From the IMG/VR virus record IMGVR_UViG_3300006919_000039: a stretch of 60,169 bases of DNA; one strand, given 5' to 3'. The translations under genes were made by a program, and so were the position numbers. Position 1 is the first letter of the stretch. Each line of letters begins with the position of its first letter. Positions 30,644-40,215 of this stretch are shown piece after piece. The notes below the pieces were generated by a model. That model ran no database searches. It saw only the letters and a program-made list of their open reading frames with translations, and was not told where the DNA came from. The stretch is from an uncultured virus (IMG/VR IMGVR_UViG_3300006919_000039). Its lineage: Duplodnaviria > Heunggongvirae > Uroviricota > Caudoviricetes.

Positions 30644-31305
30644 TTATCAGTGTCTTGACTTTTACCTGTTAGGTCTGAAGGGCCATTGTTTATAAGTTTT
30701 GACAAGTCACCAAACTCCAAATAATTTCCTTTAACCTGGCCTTCTAATAAAACACCCATTGCTTCTCGTTTTCTCTTTTTTAACCTGGCAGTAAGTTGTT
30801 TCCATGTTGCTTTGTTTTCACCTTCTATGTTAAAATCTATTTTTACAATATCTGGTGTTGTAAACAGTTCTGATTCGAACTCTCTTCTGTGTTGAAAATC
30901 CAGTCTTACTTCTGCTGGTTCGTTAGGATTTGCAGAGCCCACTCTCCATCGTAGTAATGCTTCTGGTACTAACACATAATTTTTATTATTAAGTTGACGC
31001 AAAACACCACTTCTACCAAAATTTTCGCCACCTATATGACTGCAAAAACTTGTTATTGCTAACATTTGATTATCACTTAGCGGTACTCTAACTAATGCCT
31101 TCACAACACTTGATGCTTCTTCTAATTTGGTCATCATTGTTAAATCGGAACCTATAGGTCCCAAACCATTTGTGAAATCTACTAGTTTATTTCCTGATTT
31201 GTCTATTAATATAATGCTAGGACCATCAAACACAGGAGTTATTCCTTTTTCTACAAATTTTGTAATTATTTTTTCTAATATTTCTAATTTTCCAGGACCG
31301 CTCAT
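30640..31305 (-). CDS. Lysozyme (GH24)-like protein lacking a recognisable catalytic N-terminus
   Basis: VRVPLSDNQMLAITSF..HIG.ENFGRSGVLRQLN...LLRW...RREFESELF matches the C-terminal lobe of phage lysozymes; coupled to the gp5-like gene by a TAATG overlap. Confidence 0.7.
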   Translation of the reverse strand: MSGPGKLEILEKIITKFVEKGITPVFDGPSIILIDKSGNKLVDFTNGLGPIGSDLTMMTKLEEASSVVKALVRVPLSDNQMLAITSFCSHIGGENFGRSGVLRQLNNKNYVLVPEALLRWRVGSANPNEPAEVRLDFQHRREFESELFTTPDIVKIDFNIEGENKATWKQLTARLKKRKREAMGVLLEGQVKGNYLEFGDLSKLINNGPSDLTGKSQDTDN

Positions 31306-33629
31306 TAGCCACCACCTCCCTCATTTTCGTTTGCACCTTTGGTTATGCTATTTGCAATATCACTAACCTTTTGATTTAATTGGCCGGTTGTTAATCCTGT
31401 TTGTTTCATAACATTACTTGCTAGGCCACTCACATCACCTATACTGTTCATATTATCTAATCCTAATTCACCAGAAACTTCTCCTATTGCTTGGTTGGCC
31501 ATATTACCTAAAGCGGCGGCTGGATTTTGCATGTATTTTTGCAATTCGGTCAGTCTATTCTGTACATCTAAAATCATTGCTTTTGTTTCAGCCATCCAAT
31601 CTGGTAATTGTAATGCATAACCAAATTTTCCTGCTAGTAAATCTGATAATGTGGGTATATCAAAACTAAAACTTGGCATAATTAAACCTTTGAGATATTC
31701 TTCGTAATTTAATAATGCATTTAAATTTCCTTTAAGTCCTGCAACATTAAAATTACTCATTATTTCATTTGCTTTATCACCTGCCTGTTCTTTAAGTGCC
31801 TCAAGACCAGGTATAGGAAATGGAAAACTACCTAAAAGATCATCAAGTTTTTTCTGATCATCCTGAACACGTTTTTGCACAACTTCGTTCATGATCTGTT
31901 TTACTTCTGCTTTATAGCCTGCAAATGGGTCGTTGCTGTCTCCTGGAGGCTGTGCATTTGGGTCTGTGTCTGCAGACGAGTCTTCACTCATTCCGTACTG
32001 ATTAGCATCTGCGGCCGCATCGGACTTATAATGACCTGCGTATGGTTCTGCTGTAAGCATTTCTCCTACAATAGTGCTAATAGTTGCACCGTCCTCTCTG
32101 ATACCACCACCTGGCAAAATATTTTCACCGTCACGATCATATTCAGGTGGTGTACTGGATAAATCTGTTAAATCCTGCATGTTTAATGGTTTAAGAGACG
32201 GACCTGGTGTTCCTTTAAGTGGAGGTATACCTGCAACACCTGGTGGAGAGTTTAATAATATAGGCACACCTGCTAGTCCTATACCTGCTGTACCAACCAG
32301 GTTTAAACCAGTAGTTCCTAATAATCCTAATGGACCACCCAATGCTTCTATTGTTACACCGCCAAAGACATCTGGGTCTCCTACAGGAGCAGGTCTAACT
32401 GTAGATACTATATTAATTTTTCTAGCATCTAGATTTATTTTATTTGCACCTTTAACACTGGCATCACCGTTTTTAGCATTTAAAACTGTGTTTGTTCCTG
32501 CTAAAACAGATGTTGCTCCAACAGACTCTAATCTTATATCACCACCAACACCAGCAGGACCTTTATGAATTCCAGAGGCATAACCTTCTGGCATGCCTAC
32601 ATATTCACCTTCTTTCATATCACCTGCGGCTTTAAGTCTAATATTTTTTCCTGCTTCTATGTTTACATTTTTGTCTGCTCTTAAATTGAAGTTTCCTTTG
32701 GATCTTAAACTTATATCGGCTTCTCCAAAAATACTTATACCGCCATTTTTAGAAAGCTCTACCCATGCAGTTCCAGGTTTGTTAATAATATAAACTATAC
32801 CCTCATTGTCATCTAATAATATCTGATTGCCACCTGCACTTCTTAATCTTATATGTCTACTATCACGACTGTCGTCCATTACAAATGTATGTCCGCCCAT
32901 TCTGTGTTTTGGGTTTCCTTTTCCTTCTTCTTCAGAATTTACTAATGGGCCTGGTGTTAAAATTCCGTATGTTGTTGATGTATCTGACGACCTAACTCCA
33001 CGTCTTGCAGTACCTCTGACTTTGTCAGTAATTAAACCCTGTTTTACTAATGCTTCTGCTAAGTCATGATGAACAGGTCTAGGTGTATCTGTACCCTCCT
33101 GGCCTGTTACTGGGTCTATGGTGGATTTTTCTGCTACAGGTAAATTGATACCTGCACCACCTTTGCCGTAATTTAGTAAACTCCCTGGTATAGAAGGCAT
33201 CATATGTCCTTGCCATTCTGTACCGCCTATGCAGGATAAAATATAAGCATCATCTGGATTATGGTTTACAAATGCAACCAGAACCAGCACACCTCTATCT
33301 GGTGGTGCCATCCACATGCCGTATGATTTAGATGTTTGCTCATATGATCTATGATCTAGATCTGATCCACCTACTTCTTCTGTTTTTCCTAAAAATGGTG
33401 AGGACCATTTTGCCATTACTTCACCAGGACCTAGTGTGCTTGATGAATCTGCTTTGGAAGTCATTTCTGCACCCAAGGCTGATACAAAAACTTTGAGCTT
33501 TCCTTGTCTGTGATAGTCAGCAGTATCTCTGATTACACCTGAATATATGCCGGAAAATTCTAAATCTTTAACAGTTTCAGCAAGTTTATAATCTCCTGCT
33601 CCTCCACTATCTTCATATGAATTTCCCAT
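31305..33629 (-). CDS. Baseplate central spike, gp5/VgrG-like
   Basis: OB-fold (GKLKVFV...SYGMWMAPPDRGVLVLVAF), then GGHTFVMDD...IRLRSAGGNQILLDD...AWVEL beta-helix repeats; GGAGG SD. Confidence 0.8.
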   Translation of the reverse strand: MGNSYEDSGGAGDYKLAETVKDLEFSGIYSGVIRDTADYHRQGKLKVFVSALGAEMTSKADSSSTLGPGEVMAKWSSPFLGKTEEVGGSDLDHRSYEQTSKSYGMWMAPPDRGVLVLVAFVNHNPDDAYILSCIGGTEWQGHMMPSIPGSLLNYGKGGAGINLPVAEKSTIDPVTGQEGTDTPRPVHHDLAEALVKQGLITDKVRGTARRGVRSSDTSTTYGILTPGPLVNSEEEGKGNPKHRMGGHTFVMDDSRDSRHIRLRSAGGNQILLDDNEGIVYIINKPGTAWVELSKNGGISIFGEADISLRSKGNFNLRADKNVNIEAGKNIRLKAAGDMKEGEYVGMPEGYASGIHKGPAGVGGDIRLESVGATSVLAGTNTVLNAKNGDASVKGANKINLDARKINIVSTVRPAPVGDPDVFGGVTIEALGGPLGLLGTTGLNLVGTAGIGLAGVPILLNSPPGVAGIPPLKGTPGPSLKPLNMQDLTDLSSTPPEYDRDGENILPGGGIREDGATISTIVGEMLTAEPYAGHYKSDAAADANQYGMSEDSSADTDPNAQPPGDSNDPFAGYKAEVKQIMNEVVQKRVQDDQKKLDDLLGSFPFPIPGLEALKEQAGDKANEIMSNFNVAGLKGNLNALLNYEEYLKGLIMPSFSFDIPTLSDLLAGKFGYALQLPDWMAETKAMILDVQNRLTELQKYMQNPAAALGNMANQAIGEVSGELGLDNMNSIGDVSGLASNVMKQTGLTTGQLNQKVSDIANSITKGANENEGGGG

Positions 33630-33661
33630 TTATTTTCCTCCATGCGTATTTACACACATGT

Positions 33662-36600
33662 TTAATATTTTCTTCCTGTGATTGGACTATAAATCAATCC
33701 TTTTTGTAATCCTGATCTGTTATCTACTGGTATGGCTTGTACTTGTACATCTGCAAAAGGGTTAAAATCAGGATTCAGTAAATCACTTCCTGTTGGCATA
33801 TCAACACCTTCAATACCTGAAGAGTTTAAAACACCAGACAAAGTTCCAGGTGCTCCACCGTCTGTATTTTGAATAGTATCTGCCCATTCATCTATTCTGG
33901 CCTGAACCAAAGTGCTAACTTGTTCTATTTTAGATACATCATACTCTTGAGCTTTAACCAAACTCAATGTCTGATAAAATTCACCGTTAGCCAATGTTGA
34001 TTCACATCGTGTACAACGATACACACCGCTCATAGTGTAATTTAAGTGACCAAAATTATATAGTCCAGTATTTGCGTCTTCGTCATCTACATTAAAGTCT
34101 AATTTCCTTGGAGATTCTATCATTAATAAAATTACAGGTCCACCACTGTCTGCATAGGCGCCTTCTAGATCTGAAATATATTCGTTGCTGTCTGCTGTTT
34201 TATCTAGATCATAAAAATTTTTCTTACCCCACCACCAAGGATCACCCCTTATTTCCATAACCAATTGCATACTGCTACTAGCACCAGCATGTTGAGACAT
34301 TAAATGTGAGAATGCCATAGCTCTAATAGAACCACGTTCAACTGCCTGAGAGTAACTTTTTTGATTTGTTGATGTAGTATCAACATTAATTGTTGATGTG
34401 GCTCCTGAAACTAAAGCTCTAGAGTCAAATACTTCTTGAGCGTTCATAAAAGATGCAAATCTTTCTGCGATTCTGGAGTCGTCACCTGGACCTTCTAGAC
34501 CCGGTACCAATTGTGAAGAAAATACAGGTATATTAATATCTCTTTCGTCTTCTTCTTGCGTACTTTCCTGTGTATCACTTTCTGTGGGAGTTCCAGTTTG
34601 TGAAGCAATTCTGTTTCTGACCAGTTCCTGATTTATTGCTTCTCTAAATACCTCATCAGCCGCAATGGCTTCGACCAACGCATCTTCGTTTGCCGCATTT
34701 TGTCCGCTTAATGCACTTTCCACAAACTCCCTTGTAAAACCACTTCCAGTAGAACCATCTACTACATTACCTATAGCAGTTTGTAGGATATTTTTTCCAC
34801 TATCTATTTGTGATTTTACATCATTTAAAAAATCTATTATTGTGGCTTTTTGAGCTTCTGCTTTTTGTTTTTCATTAGGACTTGTTAAAAGCGGATTTTC
34901 TTTTTCTGCTTCATCTAATGTTTTGCTGTTAGCATGAGCATAAGCCAATTGAGCTACAGGATTTCTTAATCCATAATATGGTACTCTTAATGCAAAGGCC
35001 TCATCAAATTTAAGATCTAAACTTTTTATTTGGTCATTTAAGCCTGTAAACATATAAAGATATTCTTTTTGAATTTTTAATTCGGTAATTCTGTCTGTTA
35101 CAATTTCTAAATTTGTAAGTGGTGCCATACAACTAGAAGTCAATCCTATGTCTGTCCTGGGAGATTGAACTCGTAAAAGACTATATTCAACTCTGGCTTT
35201 ATATTGTCTTTTTTTAGGATCAAATTTGCTATAGTCAAAATTTATAGAATTGCCTATAGTAAACCAACCTACAAAAGTTTTCTTCATGTCAACACCCTTT
35301 TCGGGGTTTTCTAAATCCTTTAGTCTGGTGGCATTTTGCATAAAATCGTAACTCAGACCCATAATTGTTATCAAGGCATCTTGAACATTATTACCTTTAG
35401 GAAACCTTAAGGAAACTGAAGATTTATCAGACAAGATTGTTCTAACTCTATCCATATTTCTTTCATCTAATTGGCTTATGTCTGTATTAGCAATTTGGTC
35501 ACCGCTTAATGGATCATCTAAAAATATGTCACCACCGGCCAAACCATCTGGTGGAGTATAAGAACCGAAAGTAGAACTATCTTGTGGTTTTGTTGGCGCA
35601 TCCTGGCCACCAAATCTGTCTGCAAATTTTGTTTGATAGGATTCTGGTGCGTCTGCAAAATTTATAGGTGTAACTCTGTCTGGATCTATATAGATTCTGT
35701 CTAAATATCTTCCTGTAGTAGTTCTTTGATCTTGAGCATTATCAGGATTATCTCCTTCTCCGGCTTTAAAATCTTTTTTATAAAACATATCCTCATAGTT
35801 TATAATATATTCAGTTTTTGCTTTGGACAGAGTATCATCAGTTGTATTTCCAGAATTATCTGTGTTTGTAGATCCTGATGTTCCTTCAGTATTATTTTCT
35901 GTAGTTAATTGGCTATTTAATGATCTCTGTAGGGCTTCTAACAGTTCCGTAATACTACTTCCAGAAATTACTATTTCTGTTTGAAATGTATGATATTTTT
36001 TAAATTGTGCAACATTGTCCATGATGTGAGCAGAGCAATGATACGTGGAACCTTCTGGAGTTATTTCCATATCGAATTTCAAATATCCTAATTCATACAC
36101 GAATGGACGACCTATCATATGCGGATCACTAGGTTTATTATTAGGTGCATCATCAATTGTCTCATCAGGATAACCTTTAAATGTGATCTCTAAATAGAAA
36201 GGTATATTACTTGATACTGCTTGTGAAGGATCAGTTGAACCAGAAAGACCAAGTGATTGGCCTTCTGCTGTGTCTACTATAGTTTCTGTATACCCACAAT
36301 AAACTTTTGCGGCCGCAAGTCTGTCTAAAAATGATACAGACCCTGGCTCTGTTATGTCAAATGTTACCGTTGTTGCAACACTTCTGTTTTTATTAACATC
36401 ATATTCTGTGCCATCATTGTTGAAATGCTCTAGATTTAAATTATCAATAGTTAAATCAGTAACACCTGTTTGTGCTATAACTACTTCATTACTAGGGTCT
36501 TGAAGGGCAATGTCGAAGCCAATAGTATTTTTTGGATCGTCATTAGGTGTGTTGTGCATTTCGATAACTTTTTGTTTATCTATCATGAATAATCTGATAT

Positions 36601-37006
36601 GATAATTTGGTGTATGATACTTGTCTAAAATATTACCGGAAACTCTGTTAGGCAAATATTGTCCTTGCTGGGCGGCCGCCAAATACTCAGATTCATTATT
36701 TTGTGGATCAAGCTCGTCTAAACTATTCCTTAATTCTAAATCTTCAAGTGCTGATTGTGTAAAATCTGATGTTTTACTTTTAAATATCTTCTGTATTTCA
36801 GCAATATCATCGTTTCCTAAAACGTTAAATAATTCCGAATTATTTTTTAAAAAGTCTTGTGCGTCAGATAAACTTCGCAAATTATCCACATTATTAAATA
36901 CAGTTTCTCTAGCAGATTGATAGGAATCTCTTAATCCACTTACCGTTTCTTGATAACTTTGTTGGGCGGATAAAAGTTCTGATTGTGTAGGTCTAAATGT
37001 AGGCAT
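33662..37006 (-). CDS. Baseplate hub protein, gp27-like
   Basis: ITEPGSVSFLDRL, PFYLEITFKGY, YLYMFTGLNDQI, MEIRGDPWW and SGVYRC...GEFYQTLSL pattern; positioned between the gp53-like and gp5-like genes. Confidence 0.65.
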   Translation of the reverse strand: MPTFRPTQSELLSAQQSYQETVSGLRDSYQSARETVFNNVDNLRSLSDAQDFLKNNSELFNVLGNDDIAEIQKIFKSKTSDFTQSALEDLELRNSLDELDPQNNESEYLAAAQQGQYLPNRVSGNILDKYHTPNYHIRLFMIDKQKVIEMHNTPNDDPKNTIGFDIALQDPSNEVVIAQTGVTDLTIDNLNLEHFNNDGTEYDVNKNRSVATTVTFDITEPGSVSFLDRLAAAKVYCGYTETIVDTAEGQSLGLSGSTDPSQAVSSNIPFYLEITFKGYPDETIDDAPNNKPSDPHMIGRPFVYELGYLKFDMEITPEGSTYHCSAHIMDNVAQFKKYHTFQTEIVISGSSITELLEALQRSLNSQLTTENNTEGTSGSTNTDNSGNTTDDTLSKAKTEYIINYEDMFYKKDFKAGEGDNPDNAQDQRTTTGRYLDRIYIDPDRVTPINFADAPESYQTKFADRFGGQDAPTKPQDSSTFGSYTPPDGLAGGDIFLDDPLSGDQIANTDISQLDERNMDRVRTILSDKSSVSLRFPKGNNVQDALITIMGLSYDFMQNATRLKDLENPEKGVDMKKTFVGWFTIGNSINFDYSKFDPKKRQYKARVEYSLLRVQSPRTDIGLTSSCMAPLTNLEIVTDRITELKIQKEYLYMFTGLNDQIKSLDLKFDEAFALRVPYYGLRNPVAQLAYAHANSKTLDEAEKENPLLTSPNEKQKAEAQKATIIDFLNDVKSQIDSGKNILQTAIGNVVDGSTGSGFTREFVESALSGQNAANEDALVEAIAADEVFREAINQELVRNRIASQTGTPTESDTQESTQEEDERDINIPVFSSQLVPGLEGPGDDSRIAERFASFMNAQEVFDSRALVSGATSTINVDTTSTNQKSYSQAVERGSIRAMAFSHLMSQHAGASSSMQLVMEIRGDPWWWGKKNFYDLDKTADSNEYISDLEGAYADSGGPVILLMIESPRKLDFNVDDEDANTGLYNFGHLNYTMSGVYRCTRCESTLANGEFYQTLSLVKAQEYDVSKIEQVSTLVQARIDEWADTIQNTDGGAPGTLSGVLNSSGIEGVDMPTGSDLLNPDFNPFADVQVQAIPVDNRSGLQKGLIYSPITGRKY

Positions 37007-37011
37007 AATCT

Positions 37012-37308
37012 TTAAAGTCTTTTCATAACAGATTCTTCTGATGGTAAAACAATATCTGTACCTGCTTTAAAATCTCTTATTGGATCGTATAATACATCAG
37101 TATTTCTTACGGCAAATACCCACCATAATTCTGAACTGCCATACAATTTAAATGCCAATAAATCAGGACGTTCATCATAATCTGGTTCTATGGTGTAGAC
37201 ACTATCATTTACTGAAGGTGTTATTTTTGGAATGGTATTAATATCCAAAAATTGTTTATCACTAATTCTAGGATTTTGTATAAATGAATTTCTGCTATAT
37301 TTTGCCAT
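37012..37308 (-). CDS. Baseplate wedge protein, gp53/LysM-like
   Basis: ERPDLLAFKLYGSSELWWVFAVRN...DPIRDFKAG signature. Confidence 0.85.
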   Translation of the reverse strand: MAKYSRNSFIQNPRISDKQFLDINTIPKITPSVNDSVYTIEPDYDERPDLLAFKLYGSSELWWVFAVRNTDVLYDPIRDFKAGTDIVLPSEESVMKRL

Positions 37309-38189
37309 TAGATAAATCCATCCTTATAAAGTTTTCCATTTCTAAATGCTTCAACATCAAATTTCTGTCTAACCTTTTTAGGTGTATATGCTGGTGTTAA
37401 GTTTATTTGTAAATTAAATCTTACTGGCACATACGTTGTTTGTTCTCCTTCACCACCTGCTGTTTTAGATTTTACAGGTATATAGTCAACGTCATTTGGT
37501 AATTGCAGGTTGTAGTCTCTAACAACTACTGGTACTTTATTAAAACCATGGTCTCCCATATATTCAAATATTAAAACTGGCGGTGGTGTACCATATCCAC
37601 CATCATTAATTGCCGCTTCACCAAAATATGCTTTGGTCACTGCTCTACAAAAATGTATAACTGCTAATAGATATTGTGCTTCATACACATCATTAGCAAA
37701 AAAATCAGCAGTAACTGGTAGCATAGGAGGTCTACTATGGTTATATGTTACTACAGGATAATTCATTCCATGCATTAGATGTTCATTATATTCGTTTAAC
37801 CCTGCTAAGAAAATTAGAGGTGTTTCTTGCCAAACCAGACCACCTGTTTTCTTAAGAGGACCTAACAAACCATTTGTATCAGTTTGGTAAATTTTATCCC
37901 TACCTGCATCTTTAGGTCTAAGTCTTGCTCTCCAATCGACATTACCTGGCTTGGAGCCTTCGGGAGACACAACTTTTATATTACCAGCATTATTAACAGA
38001 CTGATTTAGTTCATTAGCTCTATTAGTCATTAAGCTCATAAAGGAATTATCCTGATAGTTTTCTATTCCACCACCTAAACCAGGAAAAAAGGCACCCACA
38101 ATGGATTGAAGTCTGGGATCAAGTTTCCCCATCTCCTTGCCGATTTTGTTATTAATTTTACTGTTTACTGCTTTAAAAAAGTCTGCCAT
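37308..38189 (-). CDS. Tail tube initiator, gp48/gp54-like
   Basis: GTPPPVLIFEYMG..FNKVPVVV.DYNLQLPNDVDY motif of tube-fold baseplate proteins; AGGAG SD. Confidence 0.7.
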   Translation of the reverse strand: MADFFKAVNSKINNKIGKEMGKLDPRLQSIVGAFFPGLGGGIENYQDNSFMSLMTNRANELNQSVNNAGNIKVVSPEGSKPGNVDWRARLRPKDAGRDKIYQTDTNGLLGPLKKTGGLVWQETPLIFLAGLNEYNEHLMHGMNYPVVTYNHSRPPMLPVTADFFANDVYEAQYLLAVIHFCRAVTKAYFGEAAINDGGYGTPPPVLIFEYMGDHGFNKVPVVVRDYNLQLPNDVDYIPVKSKTAGGEGEQTTYVPVRFNLQINLTPAYTPKKVRQKFDVEAFRNGKLYKDGFI

Positions 38190-38207
38190 ACAAATCTCCT
38201 GTGTTAG

Positions 38208-38215
38208 TATTTATC
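38208..38215 (-). promoter_or_regulatory. Late promoter GATAAATA
   Basis: Exact motif heading the 38189-to-30640 baseplate operon. Confidence 0.75.
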
Positions 38216-38262
38216 TGTTTCATTAAAACATATTTTAATTGGCCACTTTTACTAAATATTAA

Positions 38263-38290
38263 TTGACAATACACAGGTAATGTGTATAAT
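38263..38290 (+). promoter_or_regulatory. Sigma70-type promoter for the gp55-47-46 operon
   Basis: TTGACA (38263-38268), 16-nt spacer, TATAAT (38285-38290); GAGGAG SD downstream. Confidence 0.8.
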
Positions 38291-38331
38291 AACACAATAT
38301 AAATGAACGATAATTTTGAGGAGAGTTATTA

Positions 38332-39192
38332 ATGGCACAGCCTAAAAAAGTAAACTATCTTAATAATAAAGATATTCTAAAAGAAATTCACAAAAGCAAA
38401 ATGAGTTACTGCTGGTTAGCAGATGACAAATATGCAGATTTTGATATCATACTGCAAGATGTTAAAAAAATTAACAGAAACAGTATAAAATCCGCAAGAG
38501 AAAACAAAGCCGCAAAAATGCAATCAGAGGCTTATCAGGCCGCAATGGCAGTTCATGATCCTAAGGATTATAAGAACAAACCCAAGCAGAAAGAATTTGC
38601 TGTAGACCCAAAAAGTATTCCTGTAGAGGATTTGGTATTCCGTGTTATGACCATGGAACATATCCCAGAAGAACCTGGCAGGAAGAAAAATCCCAAAACA
38701 GAAGCAGAATTCTTAGCAAAGGTAAATTTTCCTCCTTTTAAACATTATGCCTATGTGTCAGATGAAGTCAAAGAAGTTGCTAGAAGTCATTGGGAAGGTG
38801 GCTTGAGTAATGGTCAATTTAATTGTAAGCATGGTAAAATCACTAACAAGTTAGGCCATATGTTCTTAAAACTTGTGGAAAGATATAGTCACAGAGCTAA
38901 CTGGAGAGGTTATACCTATATTGATGAAATGAGAGGCCAGGCATTAGTGCAATTAAGTTATATTGGATTACAATTTAATGAGATGAAATCAGATAATCCA
39001 TTTGCATATTATACTGCCGCAGTTAATAATAGTTTTACAAGAATACTTAACCTGGAAAAAAGGAACCAGACTATCAGAGATGATATATTGATTGAGCAAG
39101 GTCATTTACCAAGTTATGGTAGACAAATACAGCATGAGAACGAAATGAAAATCATGCGTGAACAAGCAGATCAAACAGATATCAACACTTAA
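38332..39192 (+). CDS. gp55: Late-transcription sigma factor, T4 gp55-like
   Basis: NYLNNKD..., NWRGYTYIDEM, F.EMKSDNPFAYYT.AVNNSF.RIL.LEK motifs; T4-like order 55-47-46. Confidence 0.85.
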   Translation: MAQPKKVNYLNNKDILKEIHKSKMSYCWLADDKYADFDIILQDVKKINRNSIKSARENKAAKMQSEAYQAAMAVHDPKDYKNKPKQKEFAVDPKSIPVEDLVFRVMTMEHIPEEPGRKKNPKTEAEFLAKVNFPPFKHYAYVSDEVKEVARSHWEGGLSNGQFNCKHGKITNKLGHMFLKLVERYSHRANWRGYTYIDEMRGQALVQLSYIGLQFNEMKSDNPFAYYTAAVNNSFTRILNLEKRNQTIRDDILIEQGHLPSYGRQIQHENEMKIMREQADQTDINT

Positions 39193-39198
39193 TTAAAT

Positions 39199-40215
39199 AT
39201 GTCCCAACTGTTTAAAACAGCGGCATGTTTCACTGATATTCATTATGGATTAAAGCAAAACAGCCGTTTACATTTAGAAGATTGTCACAGATATGTGGAT
39301 TGGTTTATTGCTGAAGCAAAAGCCAGAAATGCAGAAACTTGTATATTTCTTGGTGACTGGCATCATCACAGAGCAAGTGTCAATGTTGCTACAATGAATG
39401 CAACCATCAGAGATCTTAAAAAAATAAATGAAGCATTTGAAACTGTTTACTTTATAACAGGTAACCATGATTTATATTACAGAGAAAAACGTGATTTAAA
39501 CAGTATTGAATATGCAAGAGACCTATCTAACTTTGTTATGGTAGATGAACATTTTGTACAAGATGATGTTGCTATTATACCTTGGCTAGTGGGAGATGAA
39601 CACAAACAAGTAGCAAAGATGGATGTCAAATATATGTTTGGGCATTTTGAATTACCTTATTTTAAAATGAATGCAATGGTAGAGATGCCAGACCACGGCG
39701 GTATAAACGACAAAATGTTGAGTGGTCCTGAATATGTGTTTAGTGGTCATTTCCATAAACGTCAATATAAAAATAATATACATTATATAGGAAATGCTTT
39801 CCCACATAATTACGCAGATGTGGACGATGACCAACGTGGTGCAATGTTCCTAACATGGGGAGAAGAACCTCAATATGTAAACTGGACTGAGTGCCCTAAG
39901 TACAGAGTTTTTACACTAAAACAGTTATTGGACGATCACCAAAATTTATTAGACGAATATACTTATGCTAGAGTTAAATTGGACATCAGCATTAGTTATG
40001 AAGAAGCAAATTTTATTAGAGAAAAGTTTGCAGAACAATATAAAGTCCGTGAACTTCAATTATTACCTGTAAAGGAAGAAGAAGAATTTGAAGGCGGAGA
40101 AATAAGTTTTGAAAGTGTTGATCAAATAGTTATACAGCAATTAGAAACTATAGAAAGTAAAACAGTTGAAAAAGAAAAATTAATAAACATTTACAATAGC
40201 ATAGAGATCGAATAG
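39199..40215 (+). CDS. gp47: Recombination endonuclease subunit (Mre11/SbcD-like)
   Basis: Metallophosphoesterase motifs DIH, LGDWHH, GNHD, GHFE and SGHFH. Confidence 0.93.
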   Translation: MSQLFKTAACFTDIHYGLKQNSRLHLEDCHRYVDWFIAEAKARNAETCIFLGDWHHHRASVNVATMNATIRDLKKINEAFETVYFITGNHDLYYREKRDLNSIEYARDLSNFVMVDEHFVQDDVAIIPWLVGDEHKQVAKMDVKYMFGHFELPYFKMNAMVEMPDHGGINDKMLSGPEYVFSGHFHKRQYKNNIHYIGNAFPHNYADVDDDQRGAMFLTWGEEPQYVNWTECPKYRVFTLKQLLDDHQNLLDEYTYARVKLDISISYEEANFIREKFAEQYKVRELQLLPVKEEEEFEGGEISFESVDQIVIQQLETIESKTVEKEKLINIYNSIEIE

